DNA of 62,792 bases, filler included, from Collodictyon triciliatum (taxonomy: Eukaryota): assembly GCA_043381765.1 (NCBI GenBank). It is 20 parts of 20 records of this genome, joined end to end, with 100 filler letters (N's around TTAATTAATTAA, not from the genome) between each part and the next. Parts side by side here need not be neighbours in the genome. Positions count along the whole stretch, not along the records: positions 38,559 to 41,680 come from JBHJMP010007783.1; positions 41,781 to 44,889 come from JBHJMP010007784.1; positions 44,990 to 48,095 come from JBHJMP010007785.1; positions 48,196 to 51,300 come from JBHJMP010007786.1; 16 more parts are not named here. The stretch is one strand, 5' to 3'. Within the stretch, counting starts at the first letter, position 1. Every line of letters begins with the position of its first letter. The translations under genes were made by a program, and so were the position numbers. Positions 38,848 through 48,607 of the stretch are shown piece by piece. The notes under the pieces are model-generated. The model was not told where the DNA came from. It ran no database searches and saw only the letters and a program-made list of their open reading frames with translations.

Positions 38848-40736
38848 ATGTCCGACTATCTCACACCTGCCCAAGTGGATGCGCTTTTGGAAGAAGTCCT
38901 TAAACTCTCTGGGAAACCTGATATTGCCAGTCTAAAAAGATCCACATATCTGAATCTCAGTGAAAAGAAATTGTCATCTGTGCCACCTGGTGTTTTTCTG
39001 TTGACTGGTCTGGAAGCATTGGATCTTGGTTACAATAAGCTGTCATCGCTACCTGCACAAATATCGTGTTTGACTGGTCTCATAGAACTTTATGTTGGTG
39101 GCAATAAGCTGTCATCACTACCTGCACAAATATCGTGTTTGACTGGTCTCATAGAACTTGATGTTGGTGGAAATCAGCTGTCATCACTACCTGCACAAAT
39201 ATCGTGTTTGACTGGTCTCACATATCTTTCTGTTTATAACAATCCGGTATGTTTTTATTCATATATTATATTATATTTATGTTTAAAAGATAGTGACTGA
39301 CAACGATACACACAGATGGAGGAGCTTCCAGCACAGATCACAGCCCTCACAAATCTGAAAGACCTCTGGATAAAATATACATTCACACAAACCATAAAGA
39401 GAGCCCCGCGTGGCATCTCAAATCTCCCGCTATGGAATAACACAGATTCCGAAGACTACAAACACATCCGCGCTCTGCAGCTCTACGACCCCGTAAGCAC
39501 ACATCCACCCCCAACCCCCACATACACAATACGGGACACAACTAACTTAACCCTAGGTCGATACCGCAGGAGCTAAAAATACTAACAGACATTACCTGAC
39601 ACACACTCCCTCCACCAACGCAGGTTGCAGCCAGTCCCAACATCCAGTCGGGCATCTACGCAGCCCCAACCAGCCGCCTGGCCCGCGGCAAATACGCAGA
39701 TCTCCTGACAACAGACTTTGAGAAGCGGGAGAACGTCCTGGGCAAGGGCGGCTTCGGGCTGGTCTTCAAGGTGCAGCTGAAGGCAGGCCTCTTTGCCGTG
39801 AAGCTTGTTGCGAACGCACAAATGCATGCGATCGTCGACGGCACAGACCCGGAGAAGGAGGGCAACATGATGCTCGAGCTGCAGCACCCAAACATCCTGA
39901 CGCTCTACGACTTCGGCTTCCGTGGCAGAGACCTGCTCTTTGTGATGGAGTTTGCAGACGGCGGAGAGCTCTGCTCACTGGTCAAGAAGCAAGGGGCACT
40001 CAGCATCGACCTGACCCTCAAGTACGGGCTGCACATCATCCAGGGCCTCGTCTACCTGCACACACGACCAAGGCCCATCCAGCACCGCGACCTCAAGACC
40101 GAGAACGTCCTGCTTGTGAACGGCGTCGCCAAGCTGACGGACTTCGGCCTTGCAAAGAGCGGCGTCTCGGTCAACTCGGTCAGCAAGTTCGGCGGCTCCA
40201 AGAACTGGTCTCCGCCCGAGGCCTTCGAGATCGGCAAGAGCATGGGGCTGCCCAGCGACGTCTACTCGTACGGCGTGGTGCTCTGGTCCATGGCGAGCGG
40301 TGAGTATCCGTACGAGGGCATGACGGACGGCCAGGTTGGCGCCTGTGTGACCAACGGCAAAACTCTCTCTATCCCTACAACCTGTCCTTCTAACCTCGCA
40401 GCCCTTATCCGCAAGTGCTGGGAAAGAGACTACGAGACTCGCATCAATACCCAGCAGGTCGAGGCCGTGCTCAAGGGCATCATCTCCAATCCCATCGCTG
40501 TCCAGGCCACTCCGAGGATGGGCTCCGTCAGGAAAATGGATACCGAAGAGTTGGTGGTCTACTTGAAGGACAATAAGGCCAACCCGAAGCTGATTCAACT
40601 TTGCCAGGAAACCCCGCTCACTGGTGCTGAGTTTGTCGCCCTGACCGAGGAGGACTTGAAGGAGCTTGTTCCGGACCTGAAAAATGTCCAGATACGAACC
40701 GCCCTGAAGCTCATCGAGGAGGCCAGCCGCACCTAA
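38848..40736 (+). CDS. LRR - Ser/Thr (TKL-like) kinase - SAM protein, complete 3-exon gene
   Basis: Exons 38848-39246, 39316-39492 and 39624-40736, with both introns in phase 0. It has 23-aa LRRs, GKGGFG, AVK, HRDLKTEN, DFG and SPPE, and a C-terminal SAM-like segment LTGAEFVALTEEDLKEL. Confidence 0.9.
39034..39240 (+). repeat. Three tandem 69-bp LRR-coding units
   Basis: CTGTCATCRCTACCTGCACAAATATCGTGTTTGACTGGTCTCA occurs at 39040, 39109 and 39178. Confidence 0.95.
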
Positions 40737-41653
40737 TCACCGCCCCACTCCCCCGTTCATTTCATGGGTTTTGTAGTATTCGCTTGACCCTTTGTTGATC
40801 TCTGTCCCCATCCCCACACATCCCTATCGCACCCTCAACTGAATAAAGGAAAAACAAAATAATTCTCTGCTCCGCTCTTTCCTCATCTCGCAAAAAAGAA
40901 AAAAGTAGCCGTTTGCTGGTTCTGTTGATTGGTTGCGTCGCGTTGCAGGAAAAAAGCTGATTCTTCCGCGAGCCTGTGGTGCGTGTAACTGAAATCCGTT
41001 TTCACGGAATAGGATGTCGTTATATTGGCGTCAATTATACAAAAGTGGATAATATATCGATAAGATCAAACTTATCTAATATAGATATCAATTGTCTATT
41101 TTATAACTAAATTTGAATTAATATATTATTTATAATATACATGATGATGATTTTACTTATGGAGCACCGTCATTGAATGTTCCACTTACAAATGCGACAC
41201 AGAAACACCTTTGCACAGACCCAAAAATGTTGCAGATCAATTGAAAAAAAAAGTTGGCTTCTGTTGTGCGCTAAGAAAATAGTATAGATAGCATGCGACT
41301 TGCATAAAATCGCTATAATTGCTAAGTCGACAGATTGTTATATTGGCCTTAATCTGGTGTATTCTTTGGGTAATCTTCTTTGAATGGTTCGAAAATCGTT
41401 ACAGAAATTCTCAACCCGAATTTGGAATTGACAACATGAACTTTTCGTCCAATTGGTTCATATTCACTGAATTTAAAGTTTTGGCGATTTACTTCTTTTG
41501 TCATAGTACACAGAATTGAGAATTCAATTAATATATCCAAAATATTCAACTAATTCATTTCTGGAATATAAGTATTTTATGATTAAATATCATTACATGT
41601 ATGATTAATTCAAATGTATGATAATAATACAAATATTTATAAAATTATACAAC

Positions 41654-41680
41654 AAGAGATGTGGGAATGTGTCGTGCGAT
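41654..41680 (+). mobile_element. Start of a 5'-truncated dispersed repeat copy at a contig end
   Basis: 26 of 27 nt match the reverse complement of 57558-57584, with an abrupt junction to AT-rich DNA. Confidence 0.7.
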
Positions 41681-41935
41681 NNNNNNNNNNNNNNNNNNNN
41701 NNNNNNNNNNNNNNNNNNNNNNNNTTAATTAATTAANNNNNNNNNNNNNNNNNNNNNNNNNNNNNNNNNNNNNNNNNNNNGGGGTTGTTTCCATGGGTTG
41801 TGGGTTTTTTTTTTTTTTTTTTTTTTGTTGGGGGGGGGGGGGGGGGTTGGGGGGGGGGGGGGGGGGATGCATTATGATGTCTAAGATAATGTCATTGCGA
41901 AATGAGTTGCTGTGGTTGGAGCCGGAGCCGCGGTT

Positions 41936-42343
41936 TCACTGAGCCATATGGAACTCTTCCATAGTTGCAAAGAACTCAGTTTCGCTGATAAACGCAGAGT
42001 ACCCTAGACACTGAAGTACGTTTCTCTCGAGGTGCAACAGCCTCTCGACTGAGATTCCCGACAACGTGTTGTATGCTTGCGTGGTGTAGGAGACATCGTT
42101 GTGGTACTTGAAGGCAATGATGAACGTGACGACAAAGAGTTCGTGCAGACGGGGGTTTCCAGGGACGATTGTGTTCGTGACTCGGCGCATCAGTGCAATG
42201 GTTGTGTAGAATTCCGTGTTTGTATGGACATTGTAATCCGCTGACCTCTTTAGAAACTCTTTGATGAGTTTGAAATCGGGGATCGTGTAGCGGGGCTGTG
42301 TCTTAAGAAAGGTTCTCACGACTTCGACCTCGGTGGCGGACAT
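41936..42343 (-). CDS. Small single-exon cyclin-fold protein (PHO80/Pcl/cyclin-U-like)
   Basis: HELFVVTFIIAFKYHNDVSYTTQAYNTLSGISVERLLHLERNVLQCLGYSAFIS matches the 'AxKyxxD...GisxxELnxLExxfLxxLxy' pattern. Confidence 0.8.
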   Translation of the reverse strand: MSATEVEVVRTFLKTQPRYTIPDFKLIKEFLKRSADYNVHTNTEFYTTIALMRRVTNTIVPGNPRLHELFVVTFIIAFKYHNDVSYTTQAYNTLSGISVERLLHLERNVLQCLGYSAFISETEFFATMEEFHMAQ

Positions 42344-43076
42344 ACTTGCTGTGATATCTGTTCGTGAGGTGATTTATTTATTTTGTTAGGCTTTCCCGTT
42401 CCTTTGGTTGTTTTAATGGCAGAAGGTTTTCTTGTGTAATGGTTGACGTGCAAGATGCAGAGGAAAAACTCTAAGGAGATGTCAGACTGTCGGTACTCTT
42501 CATATAGCGCCCCGCGCAGTGCCTTTTCCTGGAACAAGTAGGGAAGTCAAGCGGGAAATCGTCTTTGCAGCGAAAATAAGACGACGGGTTCAGTTCCCGG
42601 AATATATTCAGCGACTCTGCTCAGGTTGCACAGTGGTTTTCGAATGTTTTGTAAAATTATATGATAAATATTGAATATCAAAATGGGTATATAAGTATCT
42701 GTTAATGCTTTAAAATTAGTATTATTATATTCCGTCTTTGGTAAAATTTTCTGAAAGTTTAAGTCACCTTAAGGCGCCGTTTCAGTAAGAATAAATAAAG
42801 AACAAAACCGAAAAATGAAATGTATTCAGGCACAAGCATGTTCGGGGCCAAGTCGTGGCGTGCATTCTTTATGCCTTTTCTTCCAAGCTCTATGGATTCT
42901 TCTTGATGACTTTATTCAGTTTCTCAAATTTTAGTGAATCTCCTTGAACCTCGTTTCTCTACTGCGGAATCTGATGAAAAAAATGACTGAGATTAATTTT
43001 GGTATCTGAAAGGGAATCAAATCAGATGGATGTTTCCATCATGTATTTTTGTCATATCAATGATGGGCTGACTCAC

Positions 43077-43838
43077 AGATTCATAGAGTTGGAGCTGTTG
43101 TAGTGCCATTCCTACAGAGAAGTGACCCCACTTATCAGCGTGATTTGACCAACAAGGGAGGCTTGTGATTTCTTTGGGTGCTTTCTTAACTGCGATTTGC
43201 CCATTCATCTTTGTAATTAACAACAACTTTAGGCTGTGAAACCTCACTATCCAGGGTGGAGTCTCTTCTAAATTTTTAAAAATGGAATGGGTTTATCGCA
43301 TGTCACCATCAGGTAATCGACCGATGAATTCTATGTTATGTGTATATTGTCATCCAAAGAAAATTCATACCGGATTGTCATAAATATCTAGATAAGTAAG
43401 ACCCGTGAGGTTAGACATCTCCTGAGGCGATGATGAGATTTGATTGTCCTGGAGCCCAAGCACAGAAAGACCTGTAAGAAAATATATCCTTATGGGTATT
43501 CCGGAGAAACAGTTCGGCTCTATATGAAGCACACGCAAGCTTTCTATTTTACAAATTCCTTCAGGGAGAAAGGATAGTCTATTATGACTCAACTCAAGCA
43601 TACTCAAACACGAGAATCTAGACATATCTGGGGGTAAGGATGTGAATCGGTTGTCATACAAGGCAAGGCTTCGAAGCCTTGTCAGCTCACAAATCACTGG
43701 AGGGAATTCAGATATATTCCTCTCTGTAAACCCTAGATAAGTACATCTTTCGGGCTTGAAAAGAGGGAGGGTAGTGGCCATCAGATCGGTAACACGTTGG
43801 CGAAGCTGTCTTTCCTCGACGGAAACTTTGGAGCCCAT
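43077..43838 (-). pseudogene. LRR cassette paralog of 38848-39492, probably disabled
   Basis: MGSKVS start, 23-aa LRRs, the same NP|GTATG intron and a homologous second exon ending LQLYES|GTGAGT. The in-frame acceptor reads AT rather than AG (43272-43273). Confidence 0.7.
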
Positions 43839-44458
43839 CCTTTTATTTCTTCTATGTGGTATGAAGAACTTCATCTATTATTCATATCACAATACTTTTT
43901 CAACACACATTACCTTTCCTTTTTTTTTCTTTTTTTTTTCTATTTTCTTCTCTCGTTCAATTTACTATTGCCACATCAAAATAGAAGCTAAGATGAATTA
44001 TCGAATCAACTGCATCGATTCACAAGTGGGGCGGTCAATCCAAAAGAGCTCATACGACGATAGAACCTTAGGTATATCTTATAACAAAGAAGACACTCTC
44101 CTGCCAATGCACACCCCAAGTACCCCAAACCAAGTCCTTCCAAGAAAGATGCATTTTAGACTCGAAAATCATTTACACTATTGACCAATGAAGAAGTGTT
44201 CTTATAAGCAAGTAGACGCTGGCAACTAATGATTCATCCCTGGTCGCACACAGTGCCGCCCAACAGACAATCGGCTACTTCAAAAAAAAACATACGACTT
44301 CTATTGTTGGAAAAAAACATCGACCATATATTTCCGCGGACACATGGTTTGGGATTTAAGGGGTTGAAAGCAAAAAACTCGGTTAAAGCACAATTACTAG
44401 GTCATCTATTTCGTGGCTCCAGGGCATATTTGCCATATCAACGAAGGCTGGTAGGTGG

Positions 44459-44465
44459 AAAAAAA
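44459..44465 (-). terminator. RNA polymerase III terminator (T7) of the tRNA gene
   Basis: A T-run begins 2 nt after the discriminator base. Confidence 0.75.
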
Positions 44466-44467
44466 TT

Positions 44468-44538
44468 TGTCCGTACCGGGAATCGAACCCGGGTCGCAAG
44501 AATGGGAATCTTGCATGATGCCACTACACTACACGGAC
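44468..44538 (-). tRNA. tRNA-Gly(CCC)
   Basis: GTCCGTGTAGTGTAGTGGCATCATGCAAGATTCCCATTCTTGCGACCCGGGTTCGATTCCCGGTACGGACA folds as a full cloverleaf with anticodon loop TTCCCAT and intact A and B boxes. Confidence 0.95.
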
Positions 44539-44580
44539 TTCATGCATTGTGAGAAAAATTTACACCATTTATTATATATA

Positions 44581-44889
44581 GTCCCTTCGTTTCGATGAGG
44601 CTGTGGCATATGCTCTCCAGTGTGTCGAGATGCTTTTGAGGTAGGTGAGAGCCCTTCATGTTGTGGATGAGGGTCGAAAGCATGAGCTGGTTCCATAGTC
44701 TTGCTTTTCCAATGTCTGAAAGATGGAATCTTTTCCAAGAGGCGATTATGGACTTGATATTGTTGACCAGCTTATCCCACTTTTCTGTGTAGCCGCTCCC
44801 AAACATTATACCCAGGTATCTGAGTGCGTGGTTTGGGTATTTCCAGTCGATGTTTTCTGGTAGGATTCCACCATCCTGTAGGCCGAATA
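44581..44889 (-). mobile_element. Non-LTR retrotransposon (L1/Tx1/TRE-like) reverse transcriptase thumb fragment
   Basis: RYLGIMFG..KWDKLVNNIKSIIASWKRFHLSDIGKARLWNQLMLSTLIH matches the L1-clade YLG...W...LSxxGK motif. The frame is open to the contig edge. Confidence 0.85.
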
Positions 44890-45128
44890 NNNNNNNNNNN
44901 NNNNNNNNNNNNNNNNNNNNNNNNNNNNNNNNNTTAATTAATTAANNNNNNNNNNNNNNNNNNNNNNNNNNNNNNNNNNNNNNNNNNNNTAAAGTAGGCT
45001 GTCCGGAAAACACCTCGTTACTAAGCCACCACTAATCTAACTTGTCGGTAATTGGTGCGATTTATCGAGATAGAATAAGGGCGTTTCTGTCTCAATCATG
45101 ACGAAATGAAAATTATTAGGAAATTACT

Positions 45129-48060
45129 TGTGAATGGCTGATTTGGGATCACGCAAGAACGCCTCCGGGTCTTTAAAAATCTCGTCGGCAAGTTTTTCTT
45201 TAATTTTCTTGGATACGTCATGACCAGAAACCCCATGTCCGTCGAAAACACCGAAAAAGTGTACTTTTTGGTCTCGAATATTCAGCTCGTTCACGCAATA
45301 GTTATCCTGCAATCAGTTTCGTGTCAGAATCAACAAAAGAAAAAAAAAGAAGTGATTTTGAATCCAAAAGCTATGCTTGCATTCAGGGTGTTTATTGTTT
45401 TAATGAAATGTCTAAATTGCATATTATTGCTTTTTTTCATTCAATATATAAAAAAGAAGAAATCGCGACATCTACAGGTTATAGTAATGATTCTTTCATT
45501 ACCTGGTTCTGCTTGAAAGGGTCACTTGGGGATTTTCCAACCTCTGAGTAAACGAAGTAATAATTCGGCGTTGATAGGGTATTCTGCATCAAGAAATAAA
45601 TAAAAAAACGAAGTATGTGAGACTATTGTTCAGGTTTATCAACTTCTGCCAAATTATAACAGGCTATTGAATATATTGTTTGTTAGCTTCATGAGCCGAC
45701 CTTTGCGGACGCCTCGTGAATACTCATTCTATTTAAAAAGATTTTTTTTTTATTATCAAATTACTGCTAAATGTTCTCATTTTGTGCAGCTGTGTCGATT
45801 TTTTTTTCGTATACCACATATTAAAATATCATGATAAAACAGATACAATATTTTTTCCTTTATCCGAAAACAGATACAATAATAAATAGCGTAGTAAATG
45901 AATATATATTTAAATCAAGTACCTCCGGCGCATACTACGCCGACCCGATTCTTTTCCCACGTTTACAGATGGTACAAGACGAGAGAGTGTCTTAACTCTT
46001 TTAGCCAAATTCTGCTCGACCATATTTATTTTTAGTGATGATATCAATTTTTATTATTATTGTTTTTTCATATAACTTAGTTCTCAATATATTCTATATG
46101 ATACTAGGGTAAAAGAGTGCGTCAGTTTGAAAAATAAGATGACTCTATATTTACCAAACAATGTGATTAATAATTACCAATGACAGATGTTTGTAAAGTC
46201 GAACTCCGAATCCTTCTCTGGAGTGTACCAATCCAATCAAGTATTTACCGTCTAAGATGCAAATGAGAGCAGTATCATCCTTGAAAAGGATACAATATGT
46301 AGGTTACACACCATCCAACTCAAAGTAAATTAAATATAACAAATAGTGCTGTAGTTAAAATAGACTAAATCATACCACAGCAACAACAGATGCACTGGCA
46401 AGGCCTCCATCCAGGAAAGACATCTCACCAAACATATCACCTTCTTGCATAACGCGGAGTACAGTCAGATCACTGGGATCACCAATGTGGACTTCCAAAC
46501 GCCCTTGAAGAACCTAAGATTTTGAAGAATGATTGTTTGTGACTTGAAATTGATTATCACAACACTTCTTCCCCTTCCCTCGTTAAAATGTTTCAAATTA
46601 GTCTGTTTCATTTTAAAAAAACATATGTAAGTCCTACTTACTTTTTTTTTTTTTTTTTACAAACAAAATATTGTGTATTAGCTCAGGGCTTTATTGGATG
46701 AAGAAAAATAGGTTGACCACTGAACCTGATATAGATTATCGTAGCTCTTTCCTTCCTCAAGCACTACAGTATTCCTGGTCAAAGGACATACTTCAGTGCT
46801 TCTCAACATATGCAACATATCTTGGACACTGAGGGAAGACGAAGTGTGTCCATCATACAATCCTTCAGGAAATACCAATCCACGACAAGCACTTGTTAAT
46901 TGCAAGAGGTTGATTAGGTGCTTTTTTTTATATAATGGCTGCGCGATTTTATTTTATTTTTTGCTGAAAATGAGATGGGAATGGTTTAGCTTGATAGGGT
47001 GCAAGACTTTGAGATAAAGTTTTACTTTTTGGATTGACTAATTAGTTCGTCGGCTCTGCGTCCATCTTTTGAAAGAATGTGAATAATCAAAGGAACACCT
47101 CCTTCGCATGTCACTGTCAGTCTCTGCTGAGACTCCTACTCAATCACGTAATGTCAATAATAATAAAGAAAAATACACTCACAGCACATGAACGTTTCAT
47201 TATTACTGGATATTTATCAGTATTAATATAATTATTATAATTATAATTAACATCAGCGTTCTAATTACTCACCACAGCCTTAGCTGTTGTGTTGTTACTC
47301 GAAGTTGATAGGTTATAAAAAAATCAAAAATGAAATTATGAATTAATCTCCTACGTTGTAGTCGACGTTGTTAATTTCTCCCATATGTATGATACGGACA
47401 AGCTCAATACCGAATACTACTACATAATATGCAATATAGCGCTGACTGATGAACAACCCTCCAATGATAGGAATAGACTGAATGACGACACATGGCCAAC
47501 AAGCAACAAGATCTTCATCTCTGCAGTGGTTTCCCCAAATATTTTGGTAAGAAAAGGCTATTAAAATAAATATGATGCAAAAAAAAAAAAAAAAGGAATG
47601 GGATGGGATGGAGATCTGACGAACTGATTCGGTGATAGAAAAGCTAAAACAACACACTTTGGAAGTTTAAGCTTCCGAAAATTCGATTCCTTGTCTTCCA
47701 TTTGAGGGAGAATGGTGATATCAGGCAAAGGTCCGGAGTATGTGCTAGATTCAGCCCCAAAATCCCAGCTTCGGAACGATGGATTGAAGTTCTAAGGATA
47801 ATAAATGTAAATCGTCAAAATAGATTTTTTTAAAAAAAAAACGCCTCGGGCTATCTATATCAAGTAAAATGAAGAAACAAGCAATACATTGCTCCGCAAA
47901 GGCTGGCTTGACGATTCTACAGGACTATGATAAAATGAATTCAGCTCGGTAATGTAAGGATAGATATTCGCGATATTGAATATCTCTTAATATAATAAGA
48001 TATTCAGTATCACTTCTAATGCTTCAAAGCTCCCTTTGGTTGGGATGTAGAAGCTGAGGG
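45129..48060 (-). CDS. GRAM + cyclic-nucleotide-binding + PP2C phosphatase fusion protein, internal fragment
   Basis: GRAM: EDLVACWPC..IGGLFISQRYIAYYVVVFG. cNMP: VLQGRLEV..EGDMFGEMSFLDGGLASASVVA. PP2C: KQNQ/DNY..FFGVFDGHGVSGHDVS. Exons downstream of the cNMP domain splice in frame into PP2C. Confidence 0.8.
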
Positions 48061-48607
48061 AACCGAATGAAAGGTGAAGAGAATATAGAACCATTNNNNN
48101 NNNNNNNNNNNNNNNNNNNNNNNNNNNNNNNNNNNNNNNTTAATTAATTAANNNNNNNNNNNNNNNNNNNNNNNNNNNNNNNNNNNNNNNNNNNNTGTCG
48201 ATTGTTATTGAGTTATTGGGTTATTGGGTTATTGGGTTATTGGGTTATTGGGTTTACGGATTATTGTGTTATTGGGTTATTGGGTTATTGTGTTGTTATT
48301 GAGTTATTGGGTTATTGGGTTATTGTCTTGTGTCTGATCTTGAACGTCACAGATGCTCCGTGTTGGGATTCGATTCGGATAAAAGATGATTGTTGTTTGG
48401 AATCGAGCCGGCCTGATCTGGAATTGAAGATGCGGAGCACACGAATCTGGATTTCTCTGAACTTTCAAAACTGGATTATATACAATTGCGGAAATTATAT
48501 GTTCAAATATTTTTAGCCTATTGCCTTATTTTTGTCTTTTAATACACAATTTTAATCTATATATCAATATATGTATCTCTATTTTTAAAAACACCAAAAC
48601 TGGATAA

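Noticed and set aside
39034-39240. CRISPR-like repeat/spacer pattern (43-bp constant plus 26-bp variable)
   Set aside because: The units are in-frame LRR codons in a spliced eukaryotic gene, the variable parts are homologous to each other, and there are no cas genes.
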